Below, piece by piece: positions 35,521 to 44,458 of a stretch of 64,000 bases of DNA. Each line of letters begins with the position of its first letter. Position 1 is the first letter of the stretch. Position numbers and translations under genes: made by a program. Origin of the DNA: Ostreococcus lucimarinus (taxonomy: Eukaryota); the NCBI GenBank assembly GCA_000092065.1, contig CP000583.1; one strand, written 5' to 3'. Below the pieces are notes generated by a model. The model was not told the DNA's origin. It saw only the letters and a list, made by a program, of their open reading frames with translations, and did no database searches.

Positions 35521-36189
35521 ATGGGAGAGCATCACGCCGCGCTGCCCGCGGAGGATGAGAAATACATGTACAAGGCTGGGGCGGAGGCGACGGGGACGGT
35601 TTGCGCGGTGCCGGTGACGTACGACGGATGGACGCGCGCGAACGCGGTGCCGCTGTGGTACGTGTGCGATAACGATTGGGCGGGGCACAGGGATTGCACC
35701 CAGGCGTACGAAGGCGATTACGACGCGCGCCGCGGGTGGTACGGGCTGCGTCCTTTGCGCAAGTGCTTGCGAGCGCCGCTCGACGCGCTCGACGCCGGCG
35801 CGACGGAGCTGCATTTTTTGCATTTGGATTTTCAGCAGTCATTCGAGCGCAAACACGCGCTGAGCGAGGGGGCGCTGATGCGTGCGAGCGTGCAGCACCA
35901 AGTCTCCATCGATCTCTCCGCGCCGCGCGTGTACTGGAACCCGATTCAAGAGCCGTGTTGCGCCGCGCTCGCCAAGGAGGACGACGCGCTCCTGACGGCG
36001 GTGACCGTCCTGAGCGTCTTACCGCTCGCGTACCTCGTCTATCGCGACATCTTGGAGGCGTGGAAAAAGAGGATCAACGTGGAGAGCACGAAGCGGGCGT
36101 TTTACACGCGCGCTGAGCTTTTGGGCGCGTCCCGGTTGAGCGGGGCGTCCCGCCGAGCGCCGCACTCGTCGACTCGTCGGCGGTCATGA
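35521..36189 (+). CDS. Hypothetical Cys/Trp-rich protein with a C-terminal TM anchor
   Basis: MGEHHAALPAEDEKYMYKAGAEATGTVCAVPVTYDGWTRANAVPLWYVCDNDWAGHRDCTQAYEGDY...CCAALAKEDDALLTAVTVLSVLPLAYLVYRDIL. In-frame ATG at 35521. Its stop TGA (36187-36189) overlaps the next gene's ATG (36186-36188). Confidence 0.35.
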   Translation: MGEHHAALPAEDEKYMYKAGAEATGTVCAVPVTYDGWTRANAVPLWYVCDNDWAGHRDCTQAYEGDYDARRGWYGLRPLRKCLRAPLDALDAGATELHFLHLDFQQSFERKHALSEGALMRASVQHQVSIDLSAPRVYWNPIQEPCCAALAKEDDALLTAVTVLSVLPLAYLVYRDILEAWKKRINVESTKRAFYTRAELLGASRLSGASRRAPHSSTRRRS

Positions 36190-36956
36190 TCACCCACGCC
36201 TCGCTGCTCACCGCTTGGTTCGCCGTCGCGGTGGCGACGTTCCCGTTCCTTTTCACCGCGACGGCGCCCTACGGGAAGTTCGTTCGCGCGGGATGGGGAC
36301 CGTTCATCGACGGCAACGTCGGCTGGGCGACGCAAGAGGTCGTCTCGCCCATCGCCTTTTGGCTCGGGCACACGCGCGGTGACGCCATCTTCGACGATTT
36401 GACCCATCGCACGCCCGCTAGTGGGTATGCTCGAGCGTTACCGTGGGTGTTCACCGCGCATTACGTCTATCGCGCGTTGATATATCCCGCGACGCGTCGC
36501 ATGAGTCGCACCACGGCAGCCACCGTGTGCGCCGCCGTCGGTTTCAACGTCATCAACGGCGTGTTAATAGGCGCCGAGCTCGCGCACGGGTCGGCGAAGC
36601 CGAACGACGCGCAAATCATCGCCGGCGCGGCCATCATGGCGTGCGGAGCGGCGTTAAACATCTGGTACGACACCCTCCTCGCGCGACTGCGCGCTCAGCG
36701 CGCGTCCGGCGCGTACGTCGTCCCGACCGGCGGCCTATTCAATCTCGTCGCCTGTCCGCACTATCTCGGCGAGTCGATCGAGTGGATCGGTTTCGCGATT
36801 CTCACCGCCCCCGCGAGATCCACCGCGGTGTTCGCGTTTTGGACCTTCGCCAACCTCTTTCCTCGCGCCGTCGCCACGAGGGCGTACTATCGCCGCCGCT
36901 TCGGCGCGCGCGCGTTCCCCGACCGCATCCGCGCCATGATCCCTTTCATCGCCTAG
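36186..36956 (+). CDS. 3-oxo-5-alpha-steroid 4-dehydrogenase family protein (steroid 5-alpha-reductase / DET2 / polyprenol-reductase-like)
   Basis: The C-terminal signature is ...YVVPTGGLFNLVACPHYLGESIEWIGFAIL... in a polytopic membrane protein of 256 aa. ATG at 36186. Confidence 0.8.
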   Translation: MITHASLLTAWFAVAVATFPFLFTATAPYGKFVRAGWGPFIDGNVGWATQEVVSPIAFWLGHTRGDAIFDDLTHRTPASGYARALPWVFTAHYVYRALIYPATRRMSRTTAATVCAAVGFNVINGVLIGAELAHGSAKPNDAQIIAGAAIMACGAALNIWYDTLLARLRAQRASGAYVVPTGGLFNLVACPHYLGESIEWIGFAILTAPARSTAVFAFWTFANLFPRAVATRAYYRRRFGARAFPDRIRAMIPFIA

Positions 36957-37171
36957 CCCCGCGTCCCCGTTCCCTTTTCGCGCGCGCGCAGTTCTCGGTT
37001 CTCGGTTCTCAATCTTTTCGCGCGCTGTATGTAAGTCTTTCGTTGCGCGCCGCCGTCGCTCGCCTCGCCGCGCGGCGTCGAAAACCCTCGCCAAAAACCC
37101 GAAAAGACGCCGACACCCGACATTCGCCGCCGGCCCGCGCGCGCGCCGACCGCTCTCGCCCGCGGGCCGTC

Positions 37172-38485
37172 ATGCGCGTCCTGTCGCGCGTCGTCGCGCC
37201 CGCGCCGCTCGCGCGCGCGCGCGACGCCCGCGCGGCGTGCGACGCGCGACGACGCGCGGCGGCGGCGACGCGATCGACCGCGCGCGCGAACGACGGCGAC
37301 GACGCGCGACGACGCGCGGGCGACGCGAACGAACGGCGCGTGACGATGGAACGAAGCGCGATGAAGCGCGCGACGCGACGCGCGACGCACGTCGCGCGAG
37401 CGTCGAGCGCGGAGACGACGGATAAGCCGCTGGACCACGTGCTGGACAAGCTGCGCGCGCGAGGCAAGGACGCGGTGCAGGTGCTGATGCTGTTGAGCCT
37501 GTTCGCGTGCTGGTACGGGTTCAACATCGTGTTCAACATACATAACAAACAGATTTTGAAGAGCTTTCCGTACCCGGTGACGGTGACGCTGATCGAACTC
37601 GGCGTGGGGAGCGCGTTGATTTGCGCGATGTGGGCGAGCGGGGCGAAAAAGCCGCCGACGCTGACGAAGGAGATGCTGAAACCGATCGTGCCGTTGGCGG
37701 TGATTCACGCGGTTGGGAATTTGTTGACGAATGTTTCGCTTGGGAAGGTGGCGGTGTCGTTCACGCACACGATTAAGGCGATGGAACCGTTCTTTTCGGT
37801 GTTGCTCTCGGCGTTGTTCTTGGGGGATATTCCCTCGCTCGCCGTCGTCGGCGCGCTCGTGCCGGTTGTCGGCGGCGTCGCGCTCGCGTCCATGACGGAA
37901 GTCAGCTTTTGCTGGGCGGGCTTTTTGGCCGCCATGGGGTCGAACATCACGTTCCAGTCGCGAAATGTGCTGAGTAAGAAGATGATGGGGTTGTCGTCGA
38001 TCAAAGGAGCCATCGACAACATCAACTTGTTCAGCGTCATCACGATGTTGAGCTGCGTGGTGTGTCTTCCCATCGCCATCGGCCTTGAGGGTGTTCACTT
38101 CACCCCTTCCACTATAAGCGCGGTCGGCGTGAGCGTCCAAGAGTTGGCCAAGAGCTTGATGATTGCCGGTTTCTGCTTCCAAATGTACCAGCAAATCTCG
38201 TACATGATTCTTTCTCGCGTCAGCCCGGTGACGCACTCTGTCGGTAACTGCATGAAGCGTGTCACCGTCATCGTCGTCACGCTGCTGTACTTCAAGAACC
38301 CAGTTTCTCCGCTCAATATGGCGGGCACCGCTTTGGCCTTGAGCGGCGTGTTCTTGTATTCGAGAGCCAAGCGCGCTGAGGGAGACAAGAAAAAGGCGGC
38401 GGCGGCGACGCCGGCGTTCACTCGAAGCGACTCGGCGTACAATGATACGTTCCGCGCGACGACTGGCTTGAGCAACATCGAATAA
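37172..38485 (+). CDS. Plastidic triose-phosphate/phosphate translocator family (TPT/PPT/GPT type) with transit peptide
   Basis: The family hallmark is ...KVAVSFTHTIKAMEPFFSVLLSALFLG... together with ...NIVFNIHNKQILKSFPYP... The N-terminal 90 aa are R/A-rich and transit-peptide-like. ATG at 37172 (M244 of ORF 36443..38485). Confidence 0.85.
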   Translation: MRVLSRVVAPAPLARARDARAACDARRRAAAATRSTARANDGDDARRRAGDANERRVTMERSAMKRATRRATHVARASSAETTDKPLDHVLDKLRARGKDAVQVLMLLSLFACWYGFNIVFNIHNKQILKSFPYPVTVTLIELGVGSALICAMWASGAKKPPTLTKEMLKPIVPLAVIHAVGNLLTNVSLGKVAVSFTHTIKAMEPFFSVLLSALFLGDIPSLAVVGALVPVVGGVALASMTEVSFCWAGFLAAMGSNITFQSRNVLSKKMMGLSSIKGAIDNINLFSVITMLSCVVCLPIAIGLEGVHFTPSTISAVGVSVQELAKSLMIAGFCFQMYQQISYMILSRVSPVTHSVGNCMKRVTVIVVTLLYFKNPVSPLNMAGTALALSGVFLYSRAKRAEGDKKKAAAATPAFTRSDSAYNDTFRATTGLSNIE

Positions 38486-38669
38486 GAATGAGAGTCGAGC
38501 GGTGACGTGGTTGTAGCATTTTCACACTTAGCAGCAATAATTCTACCTTGTCAGTACGAGACACGATGCCTCTTCGATTCGCGTCACGTTTGTGTTTGCG
38601 TATGTGTTACAGTGGAATTTCACCGTTCTAGGTGTGAGCGCTAATCGCGTCACGCTAAATTAATCGTTT

Positions 38670-41600
38670 TCATACAGTTGGCGTCGTCGGGGTCGTCGGG
38701 GTCGCCGTCATGGGAGTCGAGTTTTTTGAGTTGGCTTTCGCCTTCAATCTTGCGACGTATTGATCGAGCAGCGCATTGATCTTTTGCTTGCGCGAGTCTG
38801 TAAGAAACGCGCTCGTGCCTTGTTCCGTGTTCTGGTCAAACTTCCTCGGGATCACAGTCATCACTTTAACCATGCTTTTTCGAACAATCGTTCTGAGTTG
38901 CGACTTGGTGAGGTCTTGAACGCTGAGCGTCGTCTTGATGAAGTGCAACACGCGTTGCGCGAGAAGCGTATCCGCCGCCACCTTTGGGAGCTTCGCTTTT
39001 GATGGCATTGTATTCTTTGAACACTCAGCTGGAGACACCGCAGAAGCGAGATCGGGACCGCTTTCAGGGGCGCTTTGCTTCTGCAACAAAGCTGCACGCA
39101 CATTTGAGTCAACCACCGGATCAGGGTTAGATTCAACCATCTCGGGCTTCGGCGGCGGCGGCGATGACGGTAAAAGAGTCGACGTTGGCAACTGAGCGCC
39201 TTCGCACTTCTTCTTGCACGCACGCTCGTGCGCGGCGAAGCCAGCGCCCTTCATCGACTTGTAAACCTGGCAGAACGAGCACGTTAGCATCTTCGCATCC
39301 ATGTCGCGCTTCTTCTTGCACGCACGCTCGTGCGCGGCGAAGCCAGCTCCCGGAGCGCCTGTGAAAGTTCTGCAGTACGAGCACGTGATCGGCTCCTTCG
39401 CGGGCGTTGAGCTCGGCGGCGGTTGCGTACGCGGAGCCGGCGGCGATGACGGTAAAGAAGTCGACGTTGGCAACTGAGCGCTTTCGCGCTTCTTCTTGCA
39501 CGCACGCTCGTGCGCGGCGAAGCCAGCTCCTGGCGCGCCTGTGAAAGTTCTGCAGTACGAGCACGTGATCGGCTCCTTCGCGGGCGTTGAGCTCGGCGGC
39601 GGTTGCGTACGCGGAGCCGGCGGCGATGACGGTAAAGAAGTCGACGTTGGCAACTGAGCGCTTTCGCGCTTCTTCTTGCACGCACGCTCGTGCGCGGCGA
39701 AGCCAGCTCCTGGCGCGCCTGTGAAAGTTCTGCAGTACGAGCACGTGATCGGCTCCTTCGCGGGCGTTGAGCTCGGCGGCGGTTGCGTACGCGGAGCCGG
39801 CGGCGATGACGGTAAAGAAGTCGACGTTGGCAACTGAGCGCTTTCGCGCTTCTTCTTGCACGCACGCTCGTGCGCGGCGAAGCCAGCTCCCGGAGCGCCT
39901 GTGAAAGTTCCGCAGTACGAGCACGTGATCGGCTCCTTCGCGGGCGTTGAGCTCGGCGGCGGTTGCGTACGCGGAGCCGGCGGCGATGACGGTAAAGAAG
40001 TCGACGTTGGCAACTGAGCGCTTTCGCGCTTCTTCTTGCACGCACGCTCGTGCGCGGCGAAGCCAGCGCCCTTCATCGACTTGTAAACCTGGCAGAACGA
40101 GCACGTTAGCATCTTCGCATCCATGTCGCGCTTCTTCTTGCACGCACGCTCGTGCGCGGCGAAGCCAGCTCCCGGCGCGCCTGTGAAAGTTCCGCAGTAC
40201 GAGCACGTGATCGGCTCCTTCGCGGGCGTTGAGCTCGGCGGCGGTTGCGTACGCGGAGCCGGCGGCGATGACGGTAAAGAAGTCGACGTTGGCAACTGAG
40301 CGCTTTCGCGCTTCTTCTTGCACGCACGCTCGTGCGCGGCGAAGCCAGCTCCCGGCGCGCCTGTGAAAGTTCTGCAGTACGAGCACGTGATCGGCTCCTT
40401 CGCGGGCGTTGAGCTCGGCGGCGGTTGCGTACGCGGAGCCGGCGGCGATGACGGTAAAGAAGTCGACGTTGGCAACTGAGCGCTTTCGCGCTTCTTCTTG
40501 CACGCACGCTCGTGCGCGGCGAAGCCAGCTCCCGGCGCGCCTGTGAAAGTTCTGCAGTACGAGCACGTGATCGGCTCCTTCGCGGGCGTTGAGCTCGGCG
40601 GCGGTTGCGTACGCGGAGCCGGCGGCGATGACGGTAAAGAAGTCGACGTTGGCAACTGAGCGCTTTCGCGCTTCTTCTTGCACGCACGCTCGTGCGCGGC
40701 GAAGCCAGCTCCCGGCGCGCCTGTGAAAGTTCTGCAGTACGAGCACGTGATCGGCTCCTTCGCGGGCGTTGAGCTCGGCGGCGGTTGCGTACGCGGAGCC
40801 GGCGGCGATGACGGTAAAGAAGTCGACGTTGGCAACTGAGCGCTTTCGCGCTTCTTCTTGCACGCACGCTCGTGCGCGGCGAAGCCAGCTCCCGGAGCGC
40901 CTGTGAAAGTTCTGCAGTACGAGCACGTGATCGTCTTCACATCCATCTCGTGCTTCTTCTGGCACGCGCGTTTGTGCGCAGCATACCCTGCGCCGCCGAA
41001 GCCCTCGTACTCATACACGTTGCAAAACACGCACCGCTTCAGGACCTTCTCAGTTACTTGCACCGGCTGGACCACTACGGGCGAGAACGTTCCTTGCTCG
41101 TGTTTTCGCTTGCACACACGCTCGTGCGCGGCGAACCCAGCGCCTTTTGCACTCGCGTAGACTTGACAGTGCGGACAAGTAAGTGTGTTCTTCTCCTTCT
41201 CGAGGCGCTTCTTGCACGCGCGCTCATGCGCGTAAAACCCGACACTTTTCACGGCTTCGTACGTGTGGCAATACGAACAAGTGAGCGTTTGCTTGCCTAA
41301 AGTCGCCTCAGCAGACAAGCAGGCTGGATCGTTCGGTATCGTAGTGGGTGCAATTTTCTCCAGAACTTTCCCCGGAAGCGCAGCGTGTGTCGACGTCGCC
41401 GGCGCTGGCACCGGCGCCGGCATGTCGACTGCGTCGCCGGGCGAGTTTGACTCGGAATTCCAATGCGCGATTGAAGTTTCATCGTCCGTAGAAGCATGTT
41501 TTACTTCGACTTCTGGCTGCGTCACTTCTTCATTGTCTTCTTCATTCGTCATCGCCACGTCTTCCGTCGGTGCGACGGCCTCCGTCTCCTCGTTGGTCGC

Positions 41601-42806
41601 GCGCTGCGTCTGCGTCACTTCTTCTTCCGCGGCGCCAAAAGTCTCTTCTTCCTTCTCGATCGTCTTCTTTTTCGGCACGCTGCTCGGGAACAAGAATTCG
41701 GCGCGAACTTCTGTGACTTGGGGCGAGTCTTCTTCTACGTCTGTCTCTGCGATTTCGTCATCCTCTTCGACTTCACCCACGTCTTGTGGCACCTCGATGT
41801 TGTCGTAGTCGTCTTCGGCGATGAAATCATCGACGACATCCTTCACCGCGGGCGCGATGGCGACTAAATCATCGTCCAGCAAACTCGGCGTGGGGTCGTA
41901 TTTGGGCTTGGGTTTCCTCTTTTGCCGCGGCTTCTTCACCTTCATCACCTGGTCGAATCCCGCCAAGTCACCCATGGGTTTGCGCTTCGAGCTCGGAAAC
42001 ATCATCGTAAGATCGAGCGCGGGTTCTTCGACGTGATCGCCCGCGCCCGGTGCGGCTTCCTCGACTTGATTCGCGCGCGCTCCTTCGTTCGCCTCCGCCG
42101 CGGTCGCCGTCGTCGTCGCGCCGCCCGCCGCCGTCGCCGTTCGCCGCTCGTCCTCGTCCTCGTCTTCGTCCGCCTCCTCCTCCTCTCGCACGAACCCCTC
42201 CACCAAGGCGTTGAAATCCATCGCATCGTCATCGTCCCCATCGACTAAATCATTCGCATTCTTCGTCGTCGTCTCGCCGTTCTTCTCGAAATCCACCACG
42301 ACGGTTTCCGTCTCCCTCGTCGCCGTCTCGCCGTCTCTCCCCTCCGTAGGCGCGCTCGCGAACAGCCGCTCCGCGATCTCCCTCGCGCGCACCACCGCGT
42401 CCATGGCGTCCTCGATCGTCATCCCTTCCGCGCCATCGTCGCTCCCTCGTCCCGTGAACGACGCCACCACCGCCTCGGCGTCGCCGTCTCGCGCGCCCCC
42501 GCGCGTCATCTCCTCCTTCACCCCTCGTTCGATCGCCGCGTCCGCGCGTCGTCGCGCCGCCTCGTGCGCCCGTATCGCCTCGTCCCGCGCCCGCTCGTAC
42601 GTCGCCCGCGCGTCGTCGCGCGCCGCGTCGTCGCCGCGCGCGTCCGCAGCCGTCGGACCCAAGAGAAATTCGAATCCGGCGGCGCGCGCGTGTCGCGCGA
42701 TCGCGATCGGCTCGAACGACGGCCCCTGGAGCCTGATGTACTTGCACACCAGCGCGATGTGCTTGGCGTGGTCCGCGCGCGCGGCGCTCGGCGAGCGCTC
42801 CGCCAT
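38670..42806 (-). CDS. Large nuclear-type protein with about 17 tandem C2HC zinc fingers (CxxC-x12-H-x3-C), an acidic N-terminal region and a C-terminal DEK_C-like domain
   Basis: Thirteen or more near-identical 60-aa units ESAQLPTSTSLPSSPPAPRTQPPPSSTPAKEPITCSYCRTFTGAPGAGFAAHERACKKKR plus divergent fingers (TCSYCHTYEAVKSVGFYAHERAC, LTCPHCQVYASAKGAGFAAHERVC). The C-terminus ...LLAQRVLHFIKTTLSVQDLTKSQLRTIVRKSMVKVMTVIP... is DEK_C-like. ATG at 42806 (M142); the upstream R/S-rich part overlaps DegP and was rejected. Confidence 0.6.
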   Translation of the reverse strand: MAERSPSAARADHAKHIALVCKYIRLQGPSFEPIAIARHARAAGFEFLLGPTAADARGDDAARDDARATYERARDEAIRAHEAARRRADAAIERGVKEEMTRGGARDGDAEAVVASFTGRGSDDGAEGMTIEDAMDAVVRAREIAERLFASAPTEGRDGETATRETETVVVDFEKNGETTTKNANDLVDGDDDDAMDFNALVEGFVREEEEADEDEDEDERRTATAAGGATTTATAAEANEGARANQVEEAAPGAGDHVEEPALDLTMMFPSSKRKPMGDLAGFDQVMKVKKPRQKRKPKPKYDPTPSLLDDDLVAIAPAVKDVVDDFIAEDDYDNIEVPQDVGEVEEDDEIAETDVEEDSPQVTEVRAEFLFPSSVPKKKTIEKEEETFGAAEEEVTQTQRATNEETEAVAPTEDVAMTNEEDNEEVTQPEVEVKHASTDDETSIAHWNSESNSPGDAVDMPAPVPAPATSTHAALPGKVLEKIAPTTIPNDPACLSAEATLGKQTLTCSYCHTYEAVKSVGFYAHERACKKRLEKEKNTLTCPHCQVYASAKGAGFAAHERVCKRKHEQGTFSPVVVQPVQVTEKVLKRCVFCNVYEYEGFGGAGYAAHKRACQKKHEMDVKTITCSYCRTFTGAPGAGFAAHERACKKKRESAQLPTSTSLPSSPPAPRTQPPPSSTPAKEPITCSYCRTFTGAPGAGFAAHERACKKKRESAQLPTSTSLPSSPPAPRTQPPPSSTPAKEPITCSYCRTFTGAPGAGFAAHERACKKKRESAQLPTSTSLPSSPPAPRTQPPPSSTPAKEPITCSYCRTFTGAPGAGFAAHERACKKKRESAQLPTSTSLPSSPPAPRTQPPPSSTPAKEPITCSYCGTFTGAPGAGFAAHERACKKKRDMDAKMLTCSFCQVYKSMKGAGFAAHERACKKKRESAQLPTSTSLPSSPPAPRTQPPPSSTPAKEPITCSYCGTFTGAPGAGFAAHERACKKKRESAQLPTSTSLPSSPPAPRTQPPPSSTPAKEPITCSYCRTFTGAPGAGFAAHERACKKKRESAQLPTSTSLPSSPPAPRTQPPPSSTPAKEPITCSYCRTFTGAPGAGFAAHERACKKKRESAQLPTSTSLPSSPPAPRTQPPPSSTPAKEPITCSYCRTFTGAPGAGFAAHERACKKKRDMDAKMLTCSFCQVYKSMKGAGFAAHERACKKKCEGAQLPTSTLLPSSPPPPKPEMVESNPDPVVDSNVRAALLQKQSAPESGPDLASAVSPAECSKNTMPSKAKLPKVAADTLLAQRVLHFIKTTLSVQDLTKSQLRTIVRKSMVKVMTVIPRKFDQNTEQGTSAFLTDSRKQKINALLDQYVARLKAKANSKNSTPMTATPTTPTTPTV
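39200..40960. repeat. Tandem array of near-identical 180-bp coding repeats, about 9 units plus two 100-102-bp variant units, forming an 822-bp higher-order repeat x2
   Basis: The unit cttcttcttgcacgcacgctcgtgcgcggcgaagccagctcc...gttggcaactgagcgctttcgcg recurs with period 180 at about 39491, 39671, 39851, 40031, 40313, 40493, 40673 and 40853. Variant units at 39311 and 40133 are spaced 822 bp apart. The ORF track shows two identical 253-aa minus-strand ORFs, 39284..40045 and 40106..40867. Confidence 0.9.
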
Positions 42807-42847
42807 GACGACGCGATGTGACGCGGCGGCAGTGCGCGACGGTCCGG

Positions 42848-44398
42848 ATGGCGCGCGCGATGCGCGTCGCGACGACGCGCGCGCGAGAGACGCGCGCGAG
42901 GTGCGAGCGCGCGCCGAGCCGGCGCGCGCGCGCGCGCGCGGCGACGCGCGCGAGAAATCGCGCGACGCGCGACGACGGGGCGGATGACGTGTTCGGTGCC
43001 GAGGAGAGATTCGATGACGACGACGCGCGCGGGACGATCGGACGCGCCGTCGCGCGCGTCGCGGCGTGCGCGGTGACGCTGAACGCGCTCGGCGCGGACG
43101 CGGCGCTGATGGAGGGGACGGAGGTCGGTTGGACGAGGACGAGGACGACGGCGACGACGACGACGACGAACGACGCGCGCGACGACGACGCGTCGGCGCC
43201 GGAGGGGCGGTATAGGACGTACATCGCACCGGATGTCCCGCTCGGGGACGCCGCGGTGCGGTTGCCGATGCCAGCGCGCGAAGCCAAGAGAGACGGCGCG
43301 TACAAGACGGTGCAGGCGACGCAGCGGTTTACGGATGGCGAGCGCGAGACGGTGCGATTGTTTAATAACGCCAAGGCGAGCGTCGTGTACATCACCAATG
43401 TCGCCGTGCGCAGAGATGCGTTCACGTTGAATCTCACGGAACAGCCGCAAGGGGCGGGGAGCGGCATCGTCTGGGACGACAAGGGGCACATCGTCACCAA
43501 CTACCACGTCATCGACAAGGCGAATCAGTTGAAGGTGTCGTTTTTGCCGAATAAAGGCGGGGTGCAGAATCAGAAGACGTACGACGCCGCAATCGTTGGG
43601 TTCGACGACGATAAGGACATCGCCGTGCTGCAGGTGAACGACCCAGAGGCGCTGCGGGAGATGAAACCGCTCGTCATCGGAACGAGCGGAGACTCCATGG
43701 TGGGCCAGCGTGTCTTCGCGATCGGGAACCCGTTTGGGCTCGATCACACGCTCACAACCGGCATCATCAGCGGCCTCGGACGAGAGATTCAAAGCGGTAA
43801 CACCGGGCGCCCAATCGACGGCATCATTCAAACGGACGCGGCGATCAATCCCGGCAACTCGGGGGGCCCTTTGTTGAATTCGTCGGGACAGCTCATCGGC
43901 ATCAACACCGCGATTTATTCCGCGTCCGGGACGTCCAGCGGCGTGGGATTCGCCCTCCCGAGCGACATGGTGAGCGGTATCGTCGATCAAATCATTCGTT
44001 ACGGTCGCGTGACGCGTCCGATTCTCGGCGTCTCCTTCGCCCCCGACGGCGCGCTCGACCAGCTCGGCCTCGGCGGCGTGTTGGTGCTCGACGCTCGCGC
44101 GGGCGGTCCCGCCGCGCGCGCCGGCGTCCGCAGCACCACGCGCGACGAATCCGGCCGTCTCATCCTCGGCGACATCATCATCGAGCTCGCGGGCGAGCAA
44201 ATTCAAGACTCCAGCGATTTATACCGCACCCTCGACAAGCTCTCCGTCGGCGAAACCGTCGACGTGACGCTCTTGCGAGGCGTCGACAAAGTCTCCGCCC
44301 GCGTCACCCTCGACGACGTCAAGGACATGAAACCTCCGACCGCGTCCACGATCGTCATCCCGATGCGCACCAAGAAGTCTCCAAACTCGCCGTACTAG
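42848..44398 (+). CDS. DEGP: Deg/HtrA-family serine protease with PDZ domain (DegP-like, organelle-targeted)
   Basis: His region VTNYHVIDKANQLKVSF, Asp region DIAVLQV and catalytic Ser GNSGGPLLNSSGQLIGINTAIYS. The PDZ domain is ...GVLVLDARAGGPAARAGVRSTTRDESGRLILGDIIIELAGEQIQDSSDLYRTL... First ATG in frame is 42848 (the ORF-track start 42818 is GTG). The N-terminal 130 aa look like a transit peptide. Confidence 0.85.
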   Translation: MARAMRVATTRARETRARCERAPSRRARARAATRARNRATRDDGADDVFGAEERFDDDDARGTIGRAVARVAACAVTLNALGADAALMEGTEVGWTRTRTTATTTTTNDARDDDASAPEGRYRTYIAPDVPLGDAAVRLPMPAREAKRDGAYKTVQATQRFTDGERETVRLFNNAKASVVYITNVAVRRDAFTLNLTEQPQGAGSGIVWDDKGHIVTNYHVIDKANQLKVSFLPNKGGVQNQKTYDAAIVGFDDDKDIAVLQVNDPEALREMKPLVIGTSGDSMVGQRVFAIGNPFGLDHTLTTGIISGLGREIQSGNTGRPIDGIIQTDAAINPGNSGGPLLNSSGQLIGINTAIYSASGTSSGVGFALPSDMVSGIVDQIIRYGRVTRPILGVSFAPDGALDQLGLGGVLVLDARAGGPAARAGVRSTTRDESGRLILGDIIIELAGEQIQDSSDLYRTLDKLSVGETVDVTLLRGVDKVSARVTLDDVKDMKPPTASTIVIPMRTKKSPNSPY

Positions 44399-44458
44399 CG
44401 CGTCCTCGCCTCGCTGTAACTGTACCATTCTTTCCTTCGTCATTCGTCGGCGCGCGCG

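Noticed and set aside
39133-40965. 610-aa and 253-aa minus-strand ORFs (39133..40965, 39284..40045, 40106..40867) and + ORFs inside the 180-bp repeat array; also considered whether the array could be a CRISPR
   Set aside because: They are alternative frames of the zinc-finger repeat units. The 180-bp units are contiguous coding repeats with no unique spacers, no cas genes, and a eukaryotic context, so this is not CRISPR.
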